This document shows positions 47,342-56,559 of a stretch of DNA of 64,000 nt, piece after piece. Position 1 is the stretch's first letter. Each line of letters begins with the position of its first letter. The translations under genes were made by a program, and so were the position numbers. Source of the DNA: Thermoproteota archaeon (GTDB lineage Archaea; Korarchaeota; Korarchaeia; Korarchaeales; Korarchaeaceae); NCBI GenBank assembly GCA_027492205.1, contig JAOZFN010000012.1, positions 1 through 64,000 on the forward strand. Direction: 5' to 3'. A model generated the notes under the pieces. That model searched no databases and was not told the DNA's origin. It saw only the letters and a list, made by a program, of their open reading frames with translations.

Positions 47342-48745
47342 TCAGAGACTCTTGGTCCTCTTCCACCACTCGACCATGGCGGCCACGGCGCCGACGGCCC
47401 TCTCCGGGGTCGGGAACGCGGGTACCCCCCTGGAGTTGAGCAGGTCGGCGGCCCGCTCGGACCTCTCCCCTCCCATGAGCATGACTGCCATGGGCTTGTC
47501 GGTCCCCTCGGCCGCCCTCAGAACGGCCCTGGCTATCCCCTCGGGGTCGGTGACGGCGGTCTCGCAGTAGAGCACGATCACGTTGTCCACCGACTCGTGC
47601 TCCAGCGCAGCTCTAACGGCCCCCTCGAACTCCGGCTCGGCCGCCTGGCCGGTGAGGTCGACGGGGTTCTTCGGGCTCCCGAAGGGAGGCATGTAGGAGC
47701 GGAAGGTCTCCTTGAGGTCCTCGGGCGGGTCTATGAGGTCGAGCCCCGATAGCTCGGCGGCGTCGGTGGCCAAGACGCCGGCGCCTCCCCCGTTGGTCAC
47801 TATGACCGTCCTGGTCCCCCTCGGGACCCTCCTGGACGCGAAGGCCCTGGCCCAGTCGAAGGCCTGCTCGACGCTGTAGGCCCTCAGGATCCCGGTCTGC
47901 CTGAAGACGGACTCGTAGACCGCGTCCATGCCGGCCAGGGAGCCCGTGTGGGACGAGGCCGCCATGCTGCCCCTCGCGCTCCTCCCCGCCTTGAGGACGA
48001 TCACGGGCTTCCTCGGGGTTACCCTCCTGGCGACCTCCATGAACCTCCTGCCCTCCTTGACCCCCTCCATGTAGACCAGGATCACGTCCGTGTCCTCGTC
48101 CTCAGAGAGCCAGAGCAGGAGGTCGGAGTCCTCGATGTCTGACTTGTTGCCCACGCTCACCACGGCAGAGAGGCCTATCCTCTCGGTTATCGTCCAGCCC
48201 ATCAGGGCGATTCCGAGGGCCCCGGACTGCGTGATGAAGGCTATGGATCCCGGGAGGACCTTCGTCGGCCCGAACGTGGCGTTCATCCTCGCCGGGGTGT
48301 AGACGACGCCGAATATGTTGGGCCCCAGGACCCTCATCCCCCTCTCGTGGGCCCTCCTGACGAGCTCCTCCTCGAGCTCCCTCTCTCCAACCTCCGAGAA
48401 CCCGCTGGATATCACGGCCACCGCCCTCGCCCCCTTCTCGCCGAGGTCGTCTATCGCGTCCAGAACGTACCTGGCCGGGATGGAGACGACCCCCAGGTCA
48501 ACGGTCCCCGGGATCTCGGAGACGGAGTGGTAGCACCTGAGGCCCAGGATCTCGTCCGCCTTCGGGTTCACGGGGTATATCCTCCCCCGATACCCGTACT
48601 CGACGAGGTTCTTGAGGATCTCGTGTCCTATCTTTCCAGGGGTCCTAGAGGCCCCGATCACAGCGATCGATGACGGCCTGAACAGAGCGTCCAGGGCCCT
48701 GACCGATTCCAACGCCCGCGACCTCCTCGCGGGCGAAAGCGCCAC
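47342..48745 (-). CDS. acdA: Acyl-CoA synthetase (ADP-forming) alpha subunit
   Basis: IAVIGAS, GPN, QSGALG, GNKSD, phospho-His SHTGSL, NGGGAGVLATD, NPVDLTG. Confidence 0.92.
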   Translation of the reverse strand: MALSPARRSRALESVRALDALFRPSSIAVIGASRTPGKIGHEILKNLVEYGYRGRIYPVNPKADEILGLRCYHSVSEIPGTVDLGVVSIPARYVLDAIDDLGEKGARAVAVISSGFSEVGERELEEELVRRAHERGMRVLGPNIFGVVYTPARMNATFGPTKVLPGSIAFITQSGALGIALMGWTITERIGLSAVVSVGNKSDIEDSDLLLWLSEDEDTDVILVYMEGVKEGRRFMEVARRVTPRKPVIVLKAGRSARGSMAASSHTGSLAGMDAVYESVFRQTGILRAYSVEQAFDWARAFASRRVPRGTRTVIVTNGGGAGVLATDAAELSGLDLIDPPEDLKETFRSYMPPFGSPKNPVDLTGQAAEPEFEGAVRAALEHESVDNVIVLYCETAVTDPEGIARAVLRAAEGTDKPMAVMLMGGERSERAADLLNSRGVPAFPTPERAVGAVAAMVEWWKRTKSL

Positions 48746-48773
48746 ATGGGTAAAATCTTTTCCATCGATGGGG

Positions 48774-49289
48774 TCATCCGCTCAGGAGGTCTCGAATCAC
48801 TTCGGTGGCCCTGTCTTTGGCGTGATGGATGTTTTTAACGCTCTTACCTCTCTCTTTCATCTCAGAAGCCGACCTCAGGGCGTATCCAACTGCCAGGGGG
48901 GCGCCGTACCTCTCGTCCACCACGACCACAAGGTCCCCCTCCTCGACGTCGTCGTCCACGTCCACTACGCCCGGCCCCATCACGTCCGCCCCGTTCAGGA
49001 TGAACCTGACCGCGCCCTGGTCCACCACGACCCTCTTCACCCTGACCCCCTCCCTGAGGGCGCCGACGAATGGAACGACCTCCCCGGTGGCCTTCTGAAC
49101 CAGCACCGGCCTGCCCTCGTACAGCAGGACCCTCTCGGTCCCCTTGCCCGTCTCGTACTCCACGGCCTCCAGCGAAACCTTCAGCCTTGGGAAGAGGGTC
49201 GCCAGCTCTGGGTGTCGCTCTATGAGCGAGCCCACTATCTCCCTGCTCTCCCTAGCGGAGATGAAGTACCTCTTCTGCTTAGCCGGCAT
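48774..49289 (-). CDS. PUA-domain RNA-binding protein (MCT-1/Tma20, DUF1947-like)
   Basis: VVVDQGAVRFILNGADVMGPG, G..VKNIHH..D. Confidence 0.88.
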   Translation of the reverse strand: MPAKQKRYFISARESREIVGSLIERHPELATLFPRLKVSLEAVEYETGKGTERVLLYEGRPVLVQKATGEVVPFVGALREGVRVKRVVVDQGAVRFILNGADVMGPGVVDVDDDVEEGDLVVVVDERYGAPLAVGYALRSASEMKERGKSVKNIHHAKDRATEVIRDLLSG

Positions 49290-49310
49290 CCCGGCCGGGT
49301 CGCGCGGGCT

Positions 49311-49320
49311 AAATTTATAT
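49311..49320. promoter_or_regulatory. AT-rich TATA element between the divergent PUA gene and tRNA-Asp
   Basis: AAATTTATAT is the only AT-rich patch in the 58-nt gap, about 22-30 nt from both starts. Confidence 0.6.
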
Positions 49321-49347
49321 TCCGGATCACCGGGCGGCCCACGCGGT

Positions 49348-49424
49348 GCCCGGGTGGTGTAGCCAGGCTAGCATAGGAGCCTGTCGAGCTCCAGACCCGG
49401 GTTCAAATCCCGGCCCGGGCGCCA
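49348..49424 (+). tRNA. tRNA-Asp(GTC), no intron, CCA encoded
   Basis: Acceptor GCCCGGG/CCCGGGC, G73, anticodon stem GGAGC/GCTCC with loop CT-GTC-GA, T loop TTCAAAT. Confidence 0.97.
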
Positions 49425-49780
49425 CCCACTCCCTCCATCGACCCGCCGCCCCCTCACGAGCGGCGGCCCACGCCCGGCCGTCCGTCCCTCAGTCGATTTC
49501 CGGGTGACGTTGGCCGAACATAGGTTGCGACTCGGTCTCGCCGCCAGGGTGCGTGCACGTCTTGCGCTTTCCAGGCCTACCCAAGCCTGAGAAGGCCCCT
49601 CTCACGGCCCCCCGCGTCGCTCGGGGGGTTCCAGTGACGAGGGCCGAGGCCGAGACCGGGAGGTCCACCGCTCGCGGGTTCGCGGAGGCCGGAGCTTCGA
49701 CGTAGACTAGGGAGGGCTAGAGGGGGTCAAGAGAGAGCCCCCGATCTCGGCGTCTCCCTGGGGGACGGGTTCCTGCCCGC

Positions 49781-50971
49781 CTAGGACCCGCTCCCGGCGG
49801 ACGCCCAGCCCAGCCTCCCAATCCAGGTGAGGGAAGCCGCGGCCGAGAAGGCGGCGAGGAGGAGGCCAGACGTGATTGCGGTCTCGACCACCCCAACCGA
49901 GTCCCCGAGCCGGCCGCCGGCCGCGATGCCCGCGGCGAGCGCCACGGAGAGCACCGAGTCCACGACCGCGAGACCCCTGCCCCTAGAGCCCTCCGGGAGG
50001 TGTGCCAAGAGGTAGCTCCTCCACGAGACCCAAAGCACCGCCTCGAGAACGCCAAAGAGGGCGCCGACCACGTAGGGGTTGGGGAACACGGGGAACAGAA
50101 TCGTCGTGACGCCTTGAAGGCCAAAGGCCATCGAGATCAGGGTTCCCGTCCTCCTCGACGTGTCGACGCCCTCCATGGCGACGTAGGCGGCCGCCGAGGC
50201 CAACGACATGGACAGGAAGAGGTCTCCGTAGGCCCCCGGCCCCAGGTCCGAGAGTACGGGGGCCCAGAGCGCCCTCCCCATCCCGAACAGGGCGTTCCCC
50301 GCGAGCCCGTAGGCCACCAAGGGGACAATCTCTGGGGTGAGCAGGGGGCGGATTCCCGGGATCCGCTCCCTCCGACCATCCCCACGCCCCCCGTCGACCG
50401 AGGGGCCTAGGGAGCCCGCCCCCAGCCGAGCGAAGAGGGTTCCCGAGACGAGGAACAGGGCGGCAGACAGCAAGGCGGCCGGCCGGTGGCGCTCCTGGGC
50501 CTCTAGGACCCTCCCTCCCAGGGAGTAACCAACCCCGCTCCCCACCGAGTCGGCCAGGCTTATTCTGGAGACCAGCCTCTGAAGGGCCGGGCTCACCCCG
50601 CCCGACACCTCCGGGAGGGAGGCCTCGAGGCCGTAGCCCCAGAGGTCGAGGGGCAGGGAGGCGGCGACGGCGGCGGCCCACGCGCCGGCCGTCCCGAGGT
50701 CCAGCATACGCTGCGACGCGGCCGACACCACCGACGCGAGGAGGAGGCCTAGGAGCGCCGCCCTCCTGGCGCCAAGCCTGTCCACGACCCAGCCGGCAAC
50801 GACGGACGTGACGACGTATGGGATCATCTCGAAGACGAGGGTGAGCCCGTAGCCCAGCGAAGTCCCGGTGGCCTCGTATCCAACCCACTCTATCGCCACG
50901 TAGAGGACGCCGGACGCCACCGACGCGGTGAGCGTCGCTGCCAGCAGCGCCAAGACCTCCCTCCACCGCAA
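49781..50971 (-). CDS. MFS transporter (efflux/DHA3-like)
   Basis: About 12 hydrophobic segments, motif A AGWVVDRLGARR, PEGSRGR; TTG start after GGGAGG. Confidence 0.8.
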   Translation of the reverse strand: MRWREVLALLAATLTASVASGVLYVAIEWVGYEATGTSLGYGLTLVFEMIPYVVTSVVAGWVVDRLGARRAALLGLLLASVVSAASQRMLDLGTAGAWAAAVAASLPLDLWGYGLEASLPEVSGGVSPALQRLVSRISLADSVGSGVGYSLGGRVLEAQERHRPAALLSAALFLVSGTLFARLGAGSLGPSVDGGRGDGRRERIPGIRPLLTPEIVPLVAYGLAGNALFGMGRALWAPVLSDLGPGAYGDLFLSMSLASAAAYVAMEGVDTSRRTGTLISMAFGLQGVTTILFPVFPNPYVVGALFGVLEAVLWVSWRSYLLAHLPEGSRGRGLAVVDSVLSVALAAGIAAGGRLGDSVGVVETAITSGLLLAAFSAAASLTWIGRLGWASAGSGS

Positions 50972-51136
50972 CCAGGCCTCCCTCCCGGTGGCCCCGCCGA
51001 GGAGATCAGCGGGTATCCAGCCCGCGCCGCGCGGCCGAACGAGGGCTCTCGGGCGCCCTCCAGCAGCGGGGCAGCTGGTCCGGCTTGCCCCCAACTCGAC
51101 TTAATTATCCCCCCGACAGCCGTCGGCTGAGGCGGG

Positions 51137-54100
51137 TTGAGGGTCCAGTCGCTGCCTCTGCTGGCGCTGCTCCTCTTCTCCACTCTGGCGGCCGGAGGCG
51201 GGCCCCCGTCGGCGGTCCATCAGGGGGCGGAGGGCCCCGAGCTCGGCGTCTACGAGCCCTGCCCCTCCCCCGGGGACTGCGACGTGAGGGCGGGCCTCAG
51301 GAGGATCGTGGAGGCCGGGGGGAACGCCGTCCTGGTGACGGTGGTCGACGGCGAGAGCGCCCTCTACCCCTCGAGGGTCCTTCCGATGGCGGACTACGCC
51401 GACCCGGGATACGTCTCGAGCGTGGTGAGGGAGGCGCACCGCCTGGGCCTGAGGGTCTACGCCTGGGTCAACATCCCGCACGAGCACTGGCTTAGGGATC
51501 ACCCGGACTGGATCGCGGTGCTTTCCGACGGGAGGCCGGCGGACTTCTACGAGGACGACTACTTCCACAGGATAGTCTCCCCGGCAAGGCTCGTGAGGGA
51601 GCCCGAGTGCGTCTCGACCCTCAGGGCCCTCTTCAGGGAGATCGCGTCCATGGGCTTCGACGGCGTGGACGTGAACGACAACTTCCAGTTCTCCGACCAG
51701 TACATCGAGTCCCAGGACGTCTCGCTACTCACGAGCTACGACGAGTTCACCGTGAGGGCGTTCGAGGAGGACACGGGCATCCACGTCCCCGGATCCGGCC
51801 CGAGGGAGTGGGCAAGGTTCCTGGAGTCCGACGAGGACGCCTGGCGGGCCTGGGTGAGGTGGAGGGCTAGGCAGGTCACGAGGCTGATCGAGACCATCGC
51901 CGGCGCGGTCCACGAGGTAGACCCGAACCTGCCGGTTAGGCCTCACCTGCTGATCTGGGACCCCCTCGCCACCTACGGGCTTGACTACGCCGCCCTGGCG
52001 GAGGCGACCGGGACGGGAACCCTCTACGTGATGGTCCCGTCGGAGGAGCCGAGGGCCTGGCACGTGCGGGCCGTGACCCAGGCCAGGCGCGCCGGGGCGA
52101 GGGTCGTGGTGGCCTCCACGTACCTCCACGGGATCTCCGACTCGGAGGACCCGGTGGGCGAGGCGAGGAGGAGGGGGATGTGGCTGGCGGAGGCGGGGGC
52201 CGACGCCCTGTACGTCCACTGGTTCGGGGACGCCGAGGGCCTCTCCCTCTGGGACGCGGTTCGCGCCGTCTTCCAGGGGTTCTTGGAGGTGAAGTCGGCC
52301 GGGGAGAGGTTTCGATGGCTCTACGGGGCAAGGGCCGTCTCGCTCTGGATGGGACCGGAGGAGGCGGCCGAGGCTGACGTGGCCTCGGTCGTGGGGAGGC
52401 TGGCCGGCCAGGGGGTGAGCCTCATCGAGCTGGACGTGGGACTCAGCTCCTACAGCCTGATGTACGACGATCGCGGGTTCGAGGAAGTCCTGCGGGTGGT
52501 CAGGGAGGTCGCCGACGAGGCGCACGGGAGGGGACTCAGGGTGGCCGTTTACCTCCCGGCGCTCGAGGTGGTGTCAGACGCGACCGCCGGACGGACGTTC
52601 TGGGTCGAGCACGGGGGGTGGGTGCAGAGGGCGCTGGACGGTACACCTCTCCTGGCCACCGGGAGGGAGCTGGACGTGGTCTGGGTGGGGCCTTACGAGG
52701 AGGACGCCTGGGTCTCTCCAGCGTCCCCCCACAGGTGGGTGATAGCGGACCGGGCCAGGAGGCTCGTGGAGGAGGGTGGGGCCGACGCGGTGTGGCTGGA
52801 CGTCCCCCACATGCCCTCCTACCTGACGGAGGAGCTGAGCGACCTGTGGCCCGACGCCTCCGAGTGGGGGGCCCGGTCGTTCGGGGAGCTCTACTGGGAC
52901 GACCCGCCGTCGAAGCCCGACTGGGACGACCCGGCCTTCAGGAAGTGGCTGGCGTGGAGACACGAGGTCACGCTGGACTTCGTCCTCGAGGTGGCCGAGG
53001 CCGTCTACGAGGCTGGAGGCGTGCTGATGGTCGAGACCTCGGCCAACGACGCCTCGGGCAACGAGCTGGGCTTCGACCCCACGCTGCTGAGGTGGTGCCC
53101 CATAGTGGCGCTGGTTCCCGAGATAGGCCCGCCGGCCTGGGGAGAGCGGGCCGGGGCGGATGTTAGGGCCTGGTCGGACTACCTGGCCATGCTTAAGCAC
53201 GCCAGGTCCTGCACCCCGGGCAGGCCGGTCCTGCCGCTGACCTACGGCGTTAACCCGGCGGACGCTGCCAGGCAGCTGGCCCTCGTGCTCGCCTCGGCGG
53301 ACGGGTTCTTCGAGACGAACTTCGACGGCTACATGACCGGGTCCGTCGGTCCCGAGTTCAGGGAGAGGGCCTTCAGGCTCGTCAGCCTCCTCTCGGGGCC
53401 GAGGCTGTCCGAGGCAAGGGTGGCCGTGCTCTTCTCCAGGGCCTCGAGGGACTACGTGGACGGCTACGTCAACGACATCTACGACGCGTCGGGCACGACC
53501 CACATGGCCGCCTTCAGGGGGGCGGTGGAGGCGCTGGTGAGGGCGGGGGTGCAGTTTGACGTCCTCCCGGTGGAGGAGCTGGGGCCCGGGGAGCTCGATG
53601 GGTACGAGGCCGTCGTGGCGCCTCAGGTGAGGTGCCTTGGCGAAGGCGCCAGGCGCGCCCTCTTGGAGTATGGGGGGACCCTGCTCGTGATCGGAGAGCT
53701 CGGGTCTATGGATGAACTGGGAGGCCCAGCTGAGCCGCTGGAGGTGGGGGTGAAGGTGACGGTAGGAGACCTCGCAGACCTCCTGGCGGAGTACGCCTCG
53801 GAGGTTGAGGCGCCCGGGGGTGTGGTGGTCGAGGAGTTCTCGATCCCCGGGTGCAGGCTCGCGGCGGTCGTGGCCACCGCCGGCGCCGGCGGTGAGTTCC
53901 GGGTGCCCGAAGGCTCCTGGGTCCTGAGCCTGGACTCCTGGTCGGCCTGGCCGTCCGACGGGGCCGAGCCCACCCCTGACTCGGCCGCCCTCGTGATCTT
54001 GGAGGCGTTGCCGGGCGGCGGGAATCTGGACCTGGGCCGAGCCTTGGCCTGGGCCCCCTCGTCGGTGGACTCGGACCTCAACCCCGAGGCGCGGCGCCTC

Positions 54101-54463
54101 ACGGGAACCGAGCTCCCCTCCACGGTGATAGCCCTGGGAGGCCCCCAGGTCTATCCCGGAGTGTGGAAGGGATCGGAGGTCGAGTTCCTGAGGGACGGAG
54201 GGCCCTATCACGCCCTCAGATACCCCAACGGCACGCTGGAGTCCTCCTTCGGCTCGGAGGACTACGCGGTCGTGTGGGTGAGCAGGTGCGGCGGGATCAC
54301 GCTGGTCAGGGTGGCGGGGGTGACGAGGTTCGGCACCCGGGCCGGTCTCCTCTGGCTGCTGAGCCGCGGCGAGGTGGACGGGGAGTACACGGTTCTCAGG
54401 TGGGTGGACGACGGGGACGGCGCGGTTGAGCTCACGGAGGTCGAGGTCGTGGCCTCCTGGTAG
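51137..54463 (+). CDS. Large secreted protein: two TIM-barrel glycoside-hydrolase-like domains, beta-galactosidase-trimerisation-like domain, C-terminal S-layer-type anchoring domain
   Basis: Signal peptide; EAHRLGLRVYAW/HPDW/GFDGVDVND; second barrel EAHGRGLRVAVY/ADAVWLD; RVAVLFS...GVQFDVL..YEAVVAP; RVAGVTRFGTRAG...WVDDGDGAVELTEV. Confidence 0.75.
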   Translation: MRVQSLPLLALLLFSTLAAGGGPPSAVHQGAEGPELGVYEPCPSPGDCDVRAGLRRIVEAGGNAVLVTVVDGESALYPSRVLPMADYADPGYVSSVVREAHRLGLRVYAWVNIPHEHWLRDHPDWIAVLSDGRPADFYEDDYFHRIVSPARLVREPECVSTLRALFREIASMGFDGVDVNDNFQFSDQYIESQDVSLLTSYDEFTVRAFEEDTGIHVPGSGPREWARFLESDEDAWRAWVRWRARQVTRLIETIAGAVHEVDPNLPVRPHLLIWDPLATYGLDYAALAEATGTGTLYVMVPSEEPRAWHVRAVTQARRAGARVVVASTYLHGISDSEDPVGEARRRGMWLAEAGADALYVHWFGDAEGLSLWDAVRAVFQGFLEVKSAGERFRWLYGARAVSLWMGPEEAAEADVASVVGRLAGQGVSLIELDVGLSSYSLMYDDRGFEEVLRVVREVADEAHGRGLRVAVYLPALEVVSDATAGRTFWVEHGGWVQRALDGTPLLATGRELDVVWVGPYEEDAWVSPASPHRWVIADRARRLVEEGGADAVWLDVPHMPSYLTEELSDLWPDASEWGARSFGELYWDDPPSKPDWDDPAFRKWLAWRHEVTLDFVLEVAEAVYEAGGVLMVETSANDASGNELGFDPTLLRWCPIVALVPEIGPPAWGERAGADVRAWSDYLAMLKHARSCTPGRPVLPLTYGVNPADAARQLALVLASADGFFETNFDGYMTGSVGPEFRERAFRLVSLLSGPRLSEARVAVLFSRASRDYVDGYVNDIYDASGTTHMAAFRGAVEALVRAGVQFDVLPVEELGPGELDGYEAVVAPQVRCLGEGARRALLEYGGTLLVIGELGSMDELGGPAEPLEVGVKVTVGDLADLLAEYASEVEAPGGVVVEEFSIPGCRLAAVVATAGAGGEFRVPEGSWVLSLDSWSAWPSDGAEPTPDSAALVILEALPGGGNLDLGRALAWAPSSVDSDLNPEARRLTGTELPSTVIALGGPQVYPGVWKGSEVEFLRDGGPYHALRYPNGTLESSFGSEDYAVVWVSRCGGITLVRVAGVTRFGTRAGLLWLLSRGEVDGEYTVLRWVDDGDGAVELTEVEVVASW

Positions 54464-54518
54464 TCGTCCGGGACATCCCGGGGCCGCCGTGGGCGCCGCC
54501 TCGGGGCCGACCTGACGC

Positions 54519-55025
54519 TCAGCCGCGGGGCTCGGATCTCGGTATCAGGTTCTCGAAGAGGCAGGGGACGTCGGGGACGAGGCCCCTCACCCGACTGGCA
54601 TACTCCTCGTACTCCCTCCCGAACTTCCGCCTGACCTCCGGCTCCTCCACCAGGTAGACGAAGGCCACCACCCCGAGCACCTGGACGGGGGTCGCGACGA
54701 TGAGGTGCGAGAGGGAGTCCAGGGCGAGGGCCAGCCCGACCGAGAGAACCGCCAGGCCGAGGTGGTTCGGGTGCCTCACGCAAGAGTATATTCCCACGGT
54801 GACGAGTCGATCGATCTGGCCGAACCCGCCGGGGCGCGACTTCCCGTACAGCCTCAGGTGCCTCCCGGCCGAGGCGCTGAGCGCGAACGCCAGGCCGATC
54901 AGGAGGAAACCGAGCACCCTTGAGGGGAGGCCCAAGAGGCCTCCCCAGTTCATCCTGGCCGAGACTGCGAGCCCGAAGCCGTAGAGAGCCAGCCAGTAGG
55001 CGAGCTTCCAGGCCTGAGATCTCAC
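54519..55025 (-). CDS. Isoprenylcysteine carboxyl methyltransferase (ICMT/PEMT)-family membrane protein
   Basis: LVTVGIYSCVRHPNH, EE..V..KFG.EY.EY...V. Confidence 0.82.
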   Translation of the reverse strand: MRSQAWKLAYWLALYGFGLAVSARMNWGGLLGLPSRVLGFLLIGLAFALSASAGRHLRLYGKSRPGGFGQIDRLVTVGIYSCVRHPNHLGLAVLSVGLALALDSLSHLIVATPVQVLGVVAFVYLVEEPEVRRKFGREYEEYASRVRGLVPDVPCLFENLIPRSEPRG

Positions 55026-55103
55026 GCGATCGACCTCCAGCCTCGGAACCGAACGGGGCGCGGACTCAACCGGATCGGCCCGGGTTGGGCCCGAACCCCC
55101 GGG

Positions 55104-55617
55104 TCACAGGTAAGCACGGATAGCCCTGCTGCCCTCGGGCCCGAAGATCTCAACTATAAACCTCTCGGATGGGTCCTGGACGCCTGACGGCACGTAGACT
55201 ACCCATAACTCGCCAGGTTCCAGCCTCGGATCCGCTGAGCTGTCCCAGGGCAGGCCCTTGCAGTCCAGGTAGCACGGCGACAGTGTGTAGGTGCCCGTGG
55301 AGTTCCTGAGCACCAGGGCCCAGTCCTGCTCACACCTGTACTCCTCTATAGGCTCGTCTCCAACGTTCTTTATAGCGACGGATAGGGCCTCCGCCCCTGC
55401 AGGGGGCGGGAACCCAGGGGTAGCCCGGGACCGTGTCCCTCGGGTTCACCGAGACTATCCCCAGCTGATACTTGACGTGGCTCCTGACCACCGCGCGGTG
55501 GACGGCGCCCGTTATGACCTGCCCCACCGGGCTGAATAGGGGCAGGGAGACGGCCACGGCTATGACCAGCAGGACGACCTCCGCGGCGACCCTCGATATT
55601 CCGGCTCCCCTGTTCAT
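55104..55617 (-). pseudogene. Archaeal type IV pilin-like protein, frameshifted near 55385-55410
   Basis: Class III signal peptide MNRGAG-ISRVAAEVVLLVIAVAV; the +1 frame continues ALSVAIKNVGDEPI...LEPGE...FIVEIFGPEGS to the stop at 55104. Confidence 0.7.
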
Positions 55618-55623
55618 TAATTA

Positions 55624-55644
55624 ACCCAGTACACAATATTGGGT
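55624..55644. promoter_or_regulatory. Imperfect inverted repeat (candidate operator) upstream of the pilin-like gene
   Basis: ACCCAGTA-cacaa-TATTGGGT (7/8 match) in an AT-rich patch. Confidence 0.35.
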
Positions 55645-55668
55645 CGATTCCGGACATGACGTTGCCGC

Positions 55669-56559
55669 CTAATTAGCCACGCCCCCGACTAGGTGTCTGT
55701 CGAGGAACCCGAGCACCCTGGAGAGGTAGGTCCCTCCCTCGAGCTTTATCGTCCTGACGTGCTCCGCGTCTGTCTCCCAGAGCTCAACGTCGGGGTTCAC
55801 GCGCCTGGCCCTCTCGACGAACTCCCTCACCTCCTCGATCCGGACGAGCGGATCCCTCCGACCCGCCACCACCAGTAGGGGCTTCTTCACCCTCCCGGCG
55901 TACGCCATAACGTCGACGGCCCTGGCTCCGCTCAGCAGGAGCGCGATCGGCTTGACCAGCGGGTAGATCCACTCGGGCAGCCCGGCGAAGTACCTCAGCC
56001 CCCTGGCGCCGGTGCGGTCCATGTCGATGGGCGGGCTGTCCGCCACCGCGCACGCCACCCGGTCCCCCTCGGCTAGGGCCCTGATCGCCACCACGCCGCC
56101 CATCGAGAAGCCCACCAGGCCCACCCCGCGGGCGGCGCGGGGGTGGTTGGACTCCAGCCAGTCGAGCGCGGCCCGAAGGTCTTCCAACTCCCTGACGCCG
56201 AAGGTGGTCCTCGACCCGCCGCTCCTGCCGTGGGCCCTGAAGTCGAAGGCGAGGACGTTGTACCCCCGCCTGGCGGCGGCCTCCACCACCGGGGTGATGT
56301 AGAAGGCCCACCTGCTGGCGGTGTACCCGTGCAGGGGAATCACCGTGCGGTCAGACCCGCGGTCGACCCACCAGCCCGAGAGGGTGACCCCGTCGCCAGC
56401 GGCGAAGGTCACGTCCTCGTAATCCAGGCCGGCGTCGGCAGGGGTCCACTCCCCCACGTGCCTCGGCGGGGTGACGAGCCTGTAGCCCACGTAGGACAGG
56501 AAGGCCCCCGCCGCCAGGGCGACCGCGAGGGGGAGCGCCAGAGGAGTCACCGCGCCCAC
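55669..56559 (-). CDS. Alpha/beta hydrolase (lipase/esterase) with N-terminal membrane anchor
   Basis: LHGY, FDFRAHGRS, GFSMG nucleophile, GRRDPLV (Asp), AEH (His). Confidence 0.9.
   Translation of the reverse strand: MGAVTPLALPLAVALAAGAFLSYVGYRLVTPPRHVGEWTPADAGLDYEDVTFAAGDGVTLSGWWVDRGSDRTVIPLHGYTASRWAFYITPVVEAAARRGYNVLAFDFRAHGRSGGSRTTFGVRELEDLRAALDWLESNHPRAARGVGLVGFSMGGVVAIRALAEGDRVACAVADSPPIDMDRTGARGLRYFAGLPEWIYPLVKPIALLLSGARAVDVMAYAGRVKKPLLVVAGRRDPLVRIEEVREFVERARRVNPDVELWETDAEHVRTIKLEGGTYLSRVLGFLDRHLVGGVAN

Noticed and set aside
49425-49780. RNase P or SRP RNA in the gap after tRNA-Asp
   Set aside because: Conserved P4 (GAGGAA.. / ..GGCTTA) and SRP helix-8 (GGCCCGGAAGGGAGC) signatures not found
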